Notes: generated from the sequence alone by a model not told the origin. A DNA stretch of 64,000 bases from Terriglobia bacterium (GCA_965206645.1 CBDBKE010000003.1:832001-896000), one strand, 5' to 3'; positions 9,550-20,540 are shown, counted from the first letter of the stretch. Numbers and translations: made by a program.

Positions 9550-12065
9550 ATGAAAAAACTTCTTATTATCGCAGCGTTGGCGACTTTGTTTTCAGTGGAT
9601 GCCGGGGCCACCCTACTCCCCACTCTAAACGAGCAGGTGATAACCACGTTGAAGTTTAACAACATTCCGGCTGGGCAGAGTCCCACTGGGCAGCCCCCCT
9701 CCTGCAAGCTGGTTAAGTGCGATGAGACGATAAGGGTTTACTATGAATTTGTGGGGAGTACTGTGCCGGAACCCTTTAGCGTCATTATCCCCTCTCCCCC
9801 CCCTCTTCCCCCCAGTGGTTGAGTGCGATGCCGTCTAGTGCAACCACACCCGCGGACATACAGCTTGTGGTTGACACAGCGGGACTAGCCGAGGGGTTCA
9901 GCCAGACAGTCACAATTCAATTCAGTGGACAGTTCGGCTCAGGCTCGCTCATGGTTATGCTGACCGTGGGTCCGGCGCTCGAGTTCCAAGCGGGTACTTC
10001 CAGCAGCTCCATCACTGTGACCTTGGCGCCCGGACAGAAAACGGAGACTACCTTCGAAGTAAGGTCCGGTGCTAATGCAGCCCAGCAGGGCGCGAGCGGC
10101 AAGGGTGTACCTTCCTTTGCCGTTGGCGAGGTGAACTGGACCGCGGTTGTGACGCTACTGAGTGAGCCTGGGACCGATTGGTTTACCATCAGTCCTACCT
10201 CTGGTACAGCCACCCCGGATAACCCCTCGCTGGTTACGGCCACGGTGGATGCCACGAAACTGCCGGGGCCGGGCACGTATCAGGCCGAGATTGCGGTCAC
10301 CAGCAACCCGACGGTGATCGTTCCGGTGACGGTCGTTGTCCGGCCAGCTGGCCCCAGGTTGTCGGTGAGCCAGACCGCAATCCTGTTTCAAAGCGTAAGT
10401 AGCGGACCTTTTACGATATCGGAGACGGTGACGATTACCAATGAAGGAGACGGAACGCTGAACTGGTCGCTTTCCGGGCTGCCTTCCTGGCTGACGGCTG
10501 AGCCTGACTCTGGGAGCGTTGTCAGTGGGCCCGCGGGTGAAGACGTCGTGCTGACGGCTGATCCATCGAGCTTCGGTTCCGGCATCAACAGCGCGCTGCT
10601 GACGGTATCGGCTCCAGAGGCCAGCAACAACCCGCAAGTAGTGGCGGCCGTGCTGCTGACGGTGCCGGGCGCTACTCCTGCAACGGCCGAGGTCAGCCCG
10701 AACGCGCTAGTATTTGTGGCCGTGCAGGGCCAGGGGGTGCCGCCCAGTCAAACCGTTGCGGTCAGCAACGTCGGTGGCGGGACGCTCTCCTTTAACTTCA
10801 ACGCTACGATCACTTCCCCTTCGGGTGGCAGTTGGCTGACTCTGGCTGGGCAGGGGGGAGTCGCTCCGGGACAATTCACTGTCTTGGTGAACCCTTCCGG
10901 CCTGCCCCTCGGCATATATCGCGCAACACTGACAGGTACCTTCACTGGCGGAGGGCAACGGGTGGTGGAGGTGGTGTTGTTTGTGGTGCAAGCGGGGAGT
11001 GCGTTGCGGGCGCAGGCGCTGGGTCTGCCCGGCGCGGCCCAGTGCGCTCCGACAGGGCTGGAGTTGCTGGCCACAACCATCGGAAGTGGCCTGAGCCTGC
11101 CGGTTTCCTTTCCCCGGGTGCTCACCGCGCTGGTGGTGGACGACTGCGGTACCGCCGTCAACAACGCCACACTGGTAGCCAGCGTGGAAGGTTTGAACAT
11201 CCCGCTGCGCACGCTGGGCACCGGTTTTTACAGCGGCACGTGGACGCCGGTGAGCGCGGCGGACGAGGTGACGGTCACCTTTGCGGCGCTGCATCCCACC
11301 CTTCCCAAGGCGCAGCGCTCCTTTACGGTGGAGACGGCGGCCGCGCCGGGGGATGTGAGTTTGCCGCTGTTGTTTGCCGACGGAGTGGTGGAAGGGGCCG
11401 GTTTCACGAAGCGGCGTCCGCTGTCTCCCGGCGGTATCATTTCCCTGTTCGGTGCGAGCTTTGCTACCGAGAACAATTTTGCCAGCCAGCTTCCGCTGGA
11501 GCGGGAGCTGGCCAAGGTCAGAGTGCGCATTGGCGGCCAGGATGCGCCGCTTTATTTCGTCGGCCCGGGGCAGATTAACGCGCAAGTGCCGTATGAGGTG
11601 AGCACGGGCGACAGCGTTCCGGTCGCGACCAGTGTAGATGGCTTACTGACCGCACCGCAGAACTACCTGATTGCTGCTGGGCAGCCAGGCATTTTCATTT
11701 CCGGCGAAAACGCCGCCATCCTGAACGCCTCGTTCCAGCTGGTGACGCCGCAGAACCCAGTCCGCGCCGGAGACACCATCCAGATTTTCGCCACCGGCTT
11801 AGGTGCCGTGCAGGAGCAGGTGGAAACGGGAGCCCCCGCCCCTTCGTTCAGCACGGTGAAACTGCCGGTAACCGTGATGATCGGGGGAATTGACGCTGCG
11901 GTAGTCTTCCAGGGGCTGGCGCCGAACTTTGTGGGGCTCTACCAGGTGAACGCGGTGGTGCCCGCCGGCGTTGCGCCGGGCAACGCGGTCCCGCTGGTGC
12001 TCACGCAGAACGGGATTGTCGCCAACCCGGATCGGTCCGTGACCATCCCCGTCCAGGCGCCCTGA
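9550..12065 (+). CDS. Secreted BACON-repeat protein with Solibacter-type C-terminal domain, split by a frameshift in a poly-C tract near 9800
   Basis: 9550-9822 carries the signal peptide. The other frame reads PQWLSAMPSSATTP (BACON motif) and continues to SPGQINAQ-like and GLAPNFVGLYQVN motifs. Confidence 0.8.
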
Positions 12066-12133
12066 GGCCGTCGGCCCCGGGTGCGAAGACCCTATGCCGG
12101 GCCGCTTTGCTCAGATACGAACTTTAACCAGGG

Positions 12134-12742
12134 TCAGATACGAATTTTGACCAGCGGTATCCCGTCCCGGCACAGCGGGCAGGATTCCGCACTTTCCCAA
12201 TACGTGAGCTGCAGGCGAGCCAACGAGTAGATCGGCAACGGGCCAAAATCCACTGTGTCCAGCGTCGGCTGGTGCACGATTACAGCCATCGCCAGCACTC
12301 GCGCCCTGTGCGCAAGTAGCAGGTTACGCAATTTGCTGAGCATCTTGCCCGAACGCAGGATGTCATCCACCACAATGCATTGCTCGTTCTTGTGGGTCTC
12401 CATGAATTGGCGGAACTCCATCCGGTCCTCGACCTTTTCCGCCCAGTAGATCTGGCTGGCGCGCAGCGCCTCGCCCAGGCCGTAGGCCACCGGGATCCCG
12501 CCAGTGGCTGATGAGACGATGCTGACCTGCGGCAGGTGGCGCGCGATTTCCGGGTCGCTGCGCAGCAGCCGGCTGAGCGCTACGCTGAGCGTCTTGGCTT
12601 CCTGGTAGTAGCGCATGGCGAGCGGCATCTGCAGATAGTGGTCGGTGTGCCGCCCGGAAGTCAGTTCAAAGTGGCCTTCCCGCATGGCGCCGGTCCGCCG
12701 CAAAATGTCCAGCACCTCCTGCTGGCTCGGAATAAGTTCCAC
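12134..12742 (-). CDS. pyrE: Orotate phosphoribosyltransferase-like protein
   Basis: EGHFELTSGRHT, PRPP-binding IVVDDILRSG, C-terminal CPLCRDGIP. Confidence 0.8.
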   Translation of the reverse strand: MELIPSQQEVLDILRRTGAMREGHFELTSGRHTDHYLQMPLAMRYYQEAKTLSVALSRLLRSDPEIARHLPQVSIVSSATGGIPVAYGLGEALRASQIYWAEKVEDRMEFRQFMETHKNEQCIVVDDILRSGKMLSKLRNLLLAHRARVLAMAVIVHQPTLDTVDFGPLPIYSLARLQLTYWESAESCPLCRDGIPLVKIRI

Positions 12743-13135
12743 GTCCGTTGTATAGCACAAAACTGCGGGCTTGGCCGATGTCGGCGGCACCGCTTGTAGT
12801 GCTCAAGCCGGGGTCGTGAGCTGCTGTTCAGGTCGCCTAGTGGGGTCGCTGGATGAAGCTGGGCATTCTGCTGCCATCCCCTCAGCTTCATCGCTTGCGT
12901 GGCCCACTGCATAGAGGACAGAATGTTTTCTTGCCGACACTTCCGTTCCATGGGGCCGCGGTTTGGATGGCCTCTGGGTGGGCCTCGGCCATAGCTTTCT
13001 GCTTTTCCCTTGGTCTACCTTGTCCTATAATCTCGCCAGCTTCCCTGGGAGCTCTCTCGCGCTCCATCCAACACTAAGCGGGCACTAAGCGGGAGGTTCG
13101 GCGGTGGGTGGTATGGTCGGCGAAGGAGCCGGGTC

Positions 13136-16100
13136 ATGAAGCAATCACAGAAGCTTGCTGCCCCTTTGGGCTTTTGTCTGACGGCGAGCTTCTGCATGGC
13201 CACGGTGGCGGTAGCGCAATCGGGGCTGGAAAAGGCGCGCGCCCATCAGCAGGCTGGCCAGACGGCGCAACTGAGAACGGCTGTCGCCGAAGTGCTTCGC
13301 CAGCGTGCGCAAGACCCGGCAGTTCTGTTGGCCGCCGCCGAATTGCTGGATTTATCCGGGTCGGACGACCGCGCCCAAGCCTATCGCCGCGTGCTGGAGG
13401 CGGCGCCGTCTCCGGAAAGCCTGGAGGCGAAGGCTGCCCGACGCCGATTGATTCTGCTGCATCTGCAGGCAGGCAAGTATCCGCAAGCCCAGCGCGAATT
13501 AGAGGTCTACCACCGCGCCGGCGGATCGGACCTGCCGGGCTGGTCGGATGCGGTGGCGGCCCCGCGCCTCCCTGTGGGGTACATTGAGATCCCTGGCCCG
13601 CTGCTTCCCTTCCTGCGCATGGCGGCAATTCGCCCCCAAACTCCGCCCGAGGAGCTGCTGCCGGCATTGGCGCGCAACTTGGTCTCCATCGGCCACCAGT
13701 ATTCACACCTGTACATGAAGATCACGCCCACGGAGTATCTCAGGTTGCTGCTGGCCTATCTGGAACACGCGCGCGAGCTGCAGGCGCTGGCAGACAGCGA
13801 CGGGCTTTTAAGCTTGAACGAATGCCAACAGGCCGAACCGCTGCTGCAAATTCTGGGATACCGGCTGCGTGGAGCTGGCTGTGCCGCCGGGCCGAAGGCT
13901 GGCCTGGAGGTGGACGACCCGGTTCGCGCCTTCCTCACCTCCGACTCTGCTTTTCCCCTGGTGCAACTGGAAGAGGCCATCCAAGGCAAACGTCCTTTCG
14001 AGCATTCAGTACGCTCCACTCGGGTACCTGTACTGCTGGGACCCGAGGCGTGGGTGAAACCCGGCACGCCCTGGATTGACGCTCTCCTGGAAGACCGGCT
14101 GCTGGCCCGATTCTACGTCGCACTGTCGCGTCTTCCGGCGCCCACGCTGGAAGCGCTTCGACAGGATGCCACCATGGAACAGCTGAAGCCGCTCAGTCCG
14201 GTGTTGGATTTCTTCGGCAGGATGTTGCGGGTGCAAGGCGGGAGCGTGGTCGTGCCCGGGGGTGCCGCCGGCAATCAGGTCTGGAAAGGGCTGGCGGACG
14301 CCCGGCCTGACCGCCCGGGCGAGTTTCTGCGCAAGCTTCTGGAAAAGGACAACGGCTGGCTGGCCGCCTATTTCGATGCGCTGTCTCGCGTTGGCCCCGC
14401 CGCGCAGAACTACTTCACCGCCAGCAAACGGCTGGCGCGCTTCTACCGCGCCTTGCGGGGCAAGGACGCCATGCCCGGCCCGGCCCGGCCGGTCTTCCAG
14501 AACAACGCCCAATTACTGCTTCTGGTCACACGCCTGCGCCTGCGGGCCGATGGCCGCCCATATTTAGCCGGTGGAGTCGAAACGTGGAATGCCATCTTCC
14601 GCCTCCGCCTGGCCAAGCCCGGCAGGAAGGGAGGCCGCGCCCGCCTGCTAGGCGATCCGGATGACGTGGTTGAAGCCCTGTTCGGCCGCGTGCGCGAGGC
14701 CGATGAGAACGGCCCGCTCAATGTCTTCCTGTCGATCAACGAAATCGACCGGCTGCGCACCAAGCCGCTCGCCCCAGACACAGTCCTGCTGCTGATGACG
14801 CAATACCCGCGCTTCAGCCAGCATTACTTTTTGTTCGCCGAATGGCCCCACCTGTCGGATTCCACCATCGAGCGCTTCCTGGAAGTGCTGGAATCGCTGA
14901 CCCAGATCAGCGAGCCGCTGGTGCGCGCCGATGGCCTCGGCTCCCTGCAGGCAGTGGTGGCCTTATGGGAAATCCTGGCCCGGCAGGAGGAAATCCCGGA
15001 ATCGCAGCTGGAGCCGACGCTGCAGCGGCTGATTGAGCCCTTTGCCGATGCCAACAAGGCCGAGGAGGTGCTGGATGCCGCACTCCAAGCGGTACAGACG
15101 CTTCTCTCCTTCGCTCCGCCCGAACCCAGCTCCCTGCAGGAGAAGATGATTGGCTTGCTGGCCGCTCCCCCTGGCCTGGATGGAGGGGCGCGGCGGGCGC
15201 GCGACGAGGTGGCGGAGCGCATCCGGGCAGCCTTGGATGCCCAACGGCTAGTCCCGCTGGATACCCTGTTTACTCTGGCCGAGCAACTGGAGCGTGCGGC
15301 CACGACCCAGTCCCGTCCCGGCCCAGAGTTTTTCCAGTTGGTCTCGCGCCTCAAGGAACTGAATTTGCCCAACCCCTTTCCTACGGCTGTGGAAAGGAGG
15401 GCAGCCTTCTTCGGCTATTGGGCTGAGCGGCACATCAACGCCGAACGCGAAGCCGACTTGGCAGGGGTAGCCAAGCTCGAAAATCCCGAGAAGCTGGCTC
15501 GGGCCCTCGGCCTGCTGGCCCCGCATCTACGCGATACACTGGTCGGGCTGGTCTATGCTTATTACGCGCCACCGGGCGCGATGGTGCTTCACCACAACCC
15601 GTTGTTTGTCCGTTCTCACGATTTCCTGGGGGACTCGGGGAGGGGCACGGGAAACGAGGTCCGGGGCCCCGGTCACGTCTACAGCCTGGGCTGGCCTTGG
15701 AGCGGCGGCGGTCGCCTCATCGGCTCGCTTTCCGGCGTGGCCTATGCGTTGGCAGATGCCGAAAAGGATTTCCTGGTACCGCAGCAAACCCAGTCGCTGA
15801 TCTGGGGAGACCTGGCTCCGCAGATGCTGCTTTCCTCAGTCGTGCCGCGTTGGTGGCGTGTCTCGGCTCGCACTCAGCACTGGGTGGCACTGCACCTCCG
15901 CCTGGGCCAGGACCTTCTGGCCGAGGCGGCCGCTTCCGCTGAGGCCCGGCAAATGGTGCTGAATGCTTTGTCGCCCATGGAGGCGCAGCGGCGGGAGCGC
16001 ATCGAAGCCGAACTGGCGCGGGGCCGCGCCGCCCATGCCCTGCGCCTGGTGAACCCCGCCGAACTCTACCAGCTCTCCCGGAATCTGCTTGCAGCGGCCA

Positions 16101-16555
16101 GCTCCGCAGCCGGTGCGGAGCTGGCGCGGCGGGTGGGACCGGCGGCCGCCGCCTTAGAGCAGATGTCCCGGCAGTTTCCCCAGGAGGCTTCAGAGGCAGC
16201 CGCCAGCTCTGCCTTCGGCGTGCCGCATCCCAAAATCGCCCGTTCCTACCGGCCGGAGCTTTTGCATCTCCCTCTCTTTCCCGCTCTGATGGGCTACTCC
16301 AGCCGGTTGCTTGCTGAATCCTGGGAATCCAGCAATCTGTATTGGGCGCAACTGGCCGACGAGCTGGGTTTGCCTCCGGCCGAGCTGAATCGGATTGTGC
16401 CGCAACTGACCCGGCGAATGCTGGAAGGCATTTTTGCTAATCACCTGGAAGACTGGCCGGCAATGTTGACCGCCATGCGCGCGACCGGTGAGGAGTTTCG
16501 GCGCAAGGCTCTAGCCGAAGCGGCCTCGCCCGCGCTGGCCGCTGCCGGGCCATGA
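13136..16555 (+). CDS. Large secreted hypothetical protein (1139 aa, N-terminal TPR-like helices)
   Basis: Long uninterrupted ORF with signal peptide, GGAG RBS upstream. Confidence 0.85.
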   Translation: MKQSQKLAAPLGFCLTASFCMATVAVAQSGLEKARAHQQAGQTAQLRTAVAEVLRQRAQDPAVLLAAAELLDLSGSDDRAQAYRRVLEAAPSPESLEAKAARRRLILLHLQAGKYPQAQRELEVYHRAGGSDLPGWSDAVAAPRLPVGYIEIPGPLLPFLRMAAIRPQTPPEELLPALARNLVSIGHQYSHLYMKITPTEYLRLLLAYLEHARELQALADSDGLLSLNECQQAEPLLQILGYRLRGAGCAAGPKAGLEVDDPVRAFLTSDSAFPLVQLEEAIQGKRPFEHSVRSTRVPVLLGPEAWVKPGTPWIDALLEDRLLARFYVALSRLPAPTLEALRQDATMEQLKPLSPVLDFFGRMLRVQGGSVVVPGGAAGNQVWKGLADARPDRPGEFLRKLLEKDNGWLAAYFDALSRVGPAAQNYFTASKRLARFYRALRGKDAMPGPARPVFQNNAQLLLLVTRLRLRADGRPYLAGGVETWNAIFRLRLAKPGRKGGRARLLGDPDDVVEALFGRVREADENGPLNVFLSINEIDRLRTKPLAPDTVLLLMTQYPRFSQHYFLFAEWPHLSDSTIERFLEVLESLTQISEPLVRADGLGSLQAVVALWEILARQEEIPESQLEPTLQRLIEPFADANKAEEVLDAALQAVQTLLSFAPPEPSSLQEKMIGLLAAPPGLDGGARRARDEVAERIRAALDAQRLVPLDTLFTLAEQLERAATTQSRPGPEFFQLVSRLKELNLPNPFPTAVERRAAFFGYWAERHINAEREADLAGVAKLENPEKLARALGLLAPHLRDTLVGLVYAYYAPPGAMVLHHNPLFVRSHDFLGDSGRGTGNEVRGPGHVYSLGWPWSGGGRLIGSLSGVAYALADAEKDFLVPQQTQSLIWGDLAPQMLLSSVVPRWWRVSARTQHWVALHLRLGQDLLAEAAASAEARQMVLNALSPMEAQRRERIEAELARGRAAHALRLVNPAELYQLSRNLLAAASSAAGAELARRVGPAAAALEQMSRQFPQEASEAAASSAFGVPHPKIARSYRPELLHLPLFPALMGYSSRLLAESWESSNLYWAQLADELGLPPAELNRIVPQLTRRMLEGIFANHLEDWPAMLTAMRATGEEFRRKALAEAASPALAAAGP

Positions 16556-16591
16556 GAGCGCTATCAAGGTGTAGCATGATCAAGATGTAAC

Positions 16592-17620
16592 ATGCGACGT
16601 GCCCTCAAAAGCGTTTGCCTCCCGATTCTGCTGCTGGCGTCGCTCGCCTGGCCAGACCCCCAGGAACAGCCCCGCCAGGCGGTCTACCGCGTGGAAGTGG
16701 ACTTGGTCCAAGTTACGGTGGCCGTCACCGATCGCGGCGGACGCTACATGCGGGGCCTGCGTCCCGGCGATTTCCACATTTATGAGGATGGCGTCCTGCA
16801 AAAGCTGGCCATGTTCAGCGAGGGTGGCGCCTTGCCCGAGTCGGTGTGGGAAATCCAAGAGCGCGAGCGGGAGACCGGCCGCCCGGTGCCTGTCGTGGTC
16901 GCCGGATCCCACGTCTTTATCCTGTTCGACACCAGCAACTTCATGTATCGGGGCTTTTTTGTCCACGCCCAAGACGCTGTTACTGAATTCATCCGCAGCC
17001 TGAACATACACGATTCCATCGCAGTGTACGCTTTCAGCCGCAACTTGCTGCGGGCCTGCCCACCGACGCTGGATCGGCGCCGTGCCCTGCTGGCGCTGCG
17101 CCAGTTCGTCGCCGGTGCTGACACCGCCCTCTACAACGCCCTGCTGCTTACTCTTCAAGATGCAGCTCGGGTGTCGGGCCGCAAGGTGGTGGTGGTGTTC
17201 TCCAACGGACCTGACGTCGGCAGCATCGTGTCGCCCGAGGCGGTGCGCGAACTGGCCGAGAATGAAGGCATCCCCATCTACATCATCAGCACCCAAGATG
17301 CCAACAAGGACAAGGTCTCGACTACTGTCTTCCGGCGTCTGTCAGGGCGCACGGGCGGCCAAGCCTACATGGCCAACACCTGGGGGGAGCAGACAGAGGC
17401 CTTCAAGGCGATCGGCCAAGATGTCAGGCACCTCTACCTGTTGAGCTACTATCCAGCGCTCAATGCCAAGCGGGGCTGGCGCAGCATCACCGTGGAACTG
17501 GCCGACGAACAGGCCAAGAAGTACCGTATCCGCACTCGCAGCGGCTACCGCTCCAGGGTCCGGACGGCCGACCGATTTGGGCTGGGGAGCTTTCCCGCAG
17601 GTGCAGCCAACAGCCCGTAA
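16592..17620 (+). CDS. VWA domain protein (acidobacterial type)
   Basis: YRVEVDLVQVTVAVTDRGG...DFHIYEDG, variant MIDAS DTSNFM, TALYNAL and TGG motifs. Confidence 0.88.
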   Translation: MRRALKSVCLPILLLASLAWPDPQEQPRQAVYRVEVDLVQVTVAVTDRGGRYMRGLRPGDFHIYEDGVLQKLAMFSEGGALPESVWEIQERERETGRPVPVVVAGSHVFILFDTSNFMYRGFFVHAQDAVTEFIRSLNIHDSIAVYAFSRNLLRACPPTLDRRRALLALRQFVAGADTALYNALLLTLQDAARVSGRKVVVVFSNGPDVGSIVSPEAVRELAENEGIPIYIISTQDANKDKVSTTVFRRLSGRTGGQAYMANTWGEQTEAFKAIGQDVRHLYLLSYYPALNAKRGWRSITVELADEQAKKYRIRTRSGYRSRVRTADRFGLGSFPAGAANSP

Positions 17621-17658
17621 GCCCTCGTGTCCAAAAATTCTGCTCGCAGGAGAGGTGG

Positions 17659-18936
17659 TTGATGAGACGAGTTGCATGGTTCCGGGGTGGACCTCGGCGC
17701 AATCTGTGTCTATGCGTTGAAATCGCCTTGAGCTGGGCTGCCCTGACCCTGTGCGCCGTCGCTGCCGACTGGCCGCAGTTCGGCGGCCCCCACCGAAACT
17801 TCACGACGGATTCCAAGGGCTTAGCTTCATCCTGGCCGCCGGAGGGCCCGCGTCGCCTCTGGAGCCGCCAGATGGGGGACGGTTACTCCGGCATCACCGC
17901 GGATGACGGCACTCTGTTTACCATGTATCGCAAGGGGAAGCAGGAGGTCGTCATCGCTTTGGACGCCGGGACCGGCAAGACGCTCTGGGAGCACGCCTAC
18001 GCGGCACCCTTTCTCAGCTCGATGGACATGAAGCACGGTCCCGGCCCTCACTCCACTCCGCTGGTGGCGGGCGGGCGTGTGTTCACGGTGGGAGTCACCG
18101 GGAAGTTCTTCGCGCTCGACAAGAAAACCGGAAAGGTGGAATGGTTTCACGATCTCTACCGGGATTTCCGTATCGACCAAAGGAACCGCGGTTTCTCCTG
18201 TAGCCCCATTGCTTACCGGGACAAGGTGATCCTGCAAACCGGAGGCGCAGGCAACTCCATCATGGCCTTCCGGCAGACGGACGGCGCCGTGGCCTGGAAG
18301 AAGGAGAGCTTCTCCAACTCTGCTTCCTCTCCCGTGCTGATCCACTTCGCAGGCCAGGAACAGTTGGTGGTGTTCATGGCGAAGCAGGTCGTTGGCCTGG
18401 ACCCCGGCAACGGCGAACTGATTTGGATGATCCCCCACCGAATCAGAAATGGGCTGAACATCAGCATGCCCGTGTGGGGGGAAGGCAACCTGTTGTTTTG
18501 CTCCTCGGCGTATGACGGAGGGAGCCGTCTCATCAAGCTGAGCAAGGTGGCCGGCAGAACTGTGGCCAGCGATATGTGGCACACCAACCAGATGCGTGTG
18601 CACATCGGGAGCATTCTGCGGCTGGGCGACTACGTGTACGGTTCCAGTGGCGACTTCGGGCCGGCCTTCATCACCGCCCTCAATGTGCGCACCGGCAAGA
18701 TCGCCTGGCGGGATCGCAGCTTTGCCAAGGCCAACCTGGTTTATGCCAATGGGAAACTCATCATCCTGGATGAGGACGGCCGCCTCGCTCTCGCCACAGT
18801 CTCCCCCGAAGGCCTGACGGTTCTCTCCCAGGTGGATTTGCTGCAGAGCAACTGCTGGACAGCCCCCTCTCTGGTCGGCAGGACCCTCTACGTGCGCGAC
18901 AGAAAGAGCATCGTGGCTCTGGACCTGGGGGGCTAG
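17659..18936 (+). CDS. PQQ-binding-like beta-propeller repeat protein
   Basis: ADWPQFGGP start, repeated ALDxxTGKxxW motifs. Confidence 0.9.
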   Translation: MMRRVAWFRGGPRRNLCLCVEIALSWAALTLCAVAADWPQFGGPHRNFTTDSKGLASSWPPEGPRRLWSRQMGDGYSGITADDGTLFTMYRKGKQEVVIALDAGTGKTLWEHAYAAPFLSSMDMKHGPGPHSTPLVAGGRVFTVGVTGKFFALDKKTGKVEWFHDLYRDFRIDQRNRGFSCSPIAYRDKVILQTGGAGNSIMAFRQTDGAVAWKKESFSNSASSPVLIHFAGQEQLVVFMAKQVVGLDPGNGELIWMIPHRIRNGLNISMPVWGEGNLLFCSSAYDGGSRLIKLSKVAGRTVASDMWHTNQMRVHIGSILRLGDYVYGSSGDFGPAFITALNVRTGKIAWRDRSFAKANLVYANGKLIILDEDGRLALATVSPEGLTVLSQVDLLQSNCWTAPSLVGRTLYVRDRKSIVALDLGG

Positions 18937-18971
18937 CCCAGCAACCGGTCGGGGGAGCCAGGGTCGATTGC

Positions 18972-20108
18972 CTACTGGTTAACGGCGGGGAGGGCCATGT
19001 GAGCTTTAAGCTGCCGAATCGTGGCTTCCAGCGGCGAGGGTGCCGGGTCCAGGGCGGCGGCCCGTTTTAGGTAGTTGAGCAAGCCAGTGCGGGAATTCGT
19101 TGGGAGCTCAAGCTTCTTCCCCCGGTGCAAGGCGTAGGCGCGATTCTTCTCAATCAGCAAACAAGCCAGTCGGCCGCCGTAGAATATCGCCAGGCCTATA
19201 TCGATCAAGATGACACGACCTCCGAATCGGGGCATGACCGCTCCGGGGGTAGCCGAGTGGGCCACGACGATTCTATCGCAACCGTAGTTACTCAACACCG
19301 TCTCCAGCTGGGACTCCAGGGCCCCCTCATCTCTTCCCGCTAGCCCCCTGTACCACAGGGGCCCTTCTTCATCCATCACGACTCCACCCCGAAGCTTGCT
19401 CCAATCTCGGAGCTCCTCCCGAACCCGCTCATTGATTCGGCGGATGGAATCGTTTGCGTATTTCGGGCTGATCCCGCCGTGCATGAAAATCGTGTCGTTA
19501 ATCTTAATCACAGTATTGTGACGCCGAACCCACTTTCCGTATTTCCCGTTGGGCCCGAAATGGTAACGGTGCTCGGAATATCCCAGCGGATGCCGAGACT
19601 CCCACTGTTTGCGGTAAGCTCCATCGAAAGCCGGTAGTCCTTCCGGCGGAGGGGATTCCTTCATCTTCTTAATATGCTGTTTATAGAAGAGATCGCGCTT
19701 CTTTTCCGATTTTTCATCACGAAACGCGGCATACTCCTCAGGCGAAACATAGCGAAGATCGCCGTACATATTCATCGCCTCGTGATTGCCGATCAAGGCG
19801 TGCACATAGCCCCCGGCTTTGCGAGCCTCCCGTTCCAGGCGCATCAACAGGTCCATCACCTTGCGCGACTCCGGTCCCCGATCGAGGACGTCGCCGGTCT
19901 GTACCAGATGGGTCTTTCCTCCGGTCCATTCCTGCTTCGCGTTGATGAGGCCGGCCGAGTCAAGGAGAGCGACAAACTGCTCATAGTCCCCATGGACGTC
20001 CCCGATCGCCACGATCCTCTCCACTCCCTTCCAGACATCCTGACCGGCCACCGCCCAGTCGGCTGGCAAGGTAAGGAACAAGAGCAGAATCAGCGGACGA
20101 AATACCAT
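18972..20108 (-). CDS. Secreted metallophosphoesterase (Shewanella-like phosphatase type)
   Basis: GDVHGD, GDVLDRG, GNHE, HGG, LWYRG and IDIG motifs. Confidence 0.9.
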   Translation of the reverse strand: MVFRPLILLLFLTLPADWAVAGQDVWKGVERIVAIGDVHGDYEQFVALLDSAGLINAKQEWTGGKTHLVQTGDVLDRGPESRKVMDLLMRLEREARKAGGYVHALIGNHEAMNMYGDLRYVSPEEYAAFRDEKSEKKRDLFYKQHIKKMKESPPPEGLPAFDGAYRKQWESRHPLGYSEHRYHFGPNGKYGKWVRRHNTVIKINDTIFMHGGISPKYANDSIRRINERVREELRDWSKLRGGVVMDEEGPLWYRGLAGRDEGALESQLETVLSNYGCDRIVVAHSATPGAVMPRFGGRVILIDIGLAIFYGGRLACLLIEKNRAYALHRGKKLELPTNSRTGLLNYLKRAAALDPAPSPLEATIRQLKAHMALPAVNQ

Positions 20109-20396
20109 GGTTCACTCTCCAAAAGCGTATGTACCGGAATTTCCATTTTGAGCTTCCTCTTCACCCGAAAAGCTATGCCTCGTACCCTGTCGTGTCAACC
20201 GCAAACAGCTCTGGCCTCTTTGAGGTGGTAGTGCGGCACATTTTGGCTGTTCTTCGGAGTCGCTGTGCGGGTTTCGCCTGCCCAGCCTGCCGCGCCGCTG
20301 ATACTTATCCGGCCCGACCACTTCTGAGCACCTGAAATTAGGGGATTGCTAACCTAAGTAGCCAAGCTCACATTAAATAGTAATGGGAAGAAGGGT

Positions 20397-20540
20397 TTAC
20401 CGGCGGGGCTTCTCTTTGGTGAAGCCAGCGCCGCTCACCACTGCCTTGACCAGCTTTTCTGGAGTTGTGGTGGAAAGCACTCGCAGGTTGTCTCTGTATT
20501 GCTTTGATCTCGTCTTGCGGCCAGTTTTCTTGTCGCTCAT
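20397..20540 (-). CDS. Small basic hypothetical protein (47 aa), probable IS1595 passenger
   Basis: AGGAG upstream. MSDKKTGRK...TTPEKLVKAV, co-oriented with the IS1595 transposase. Confidence 0.45.
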   Translation of the reverse strand: MSDKKTGRKTRSKQYRDNLRVLSTTTPEKLVKAVVSGAGFTKEKPRR

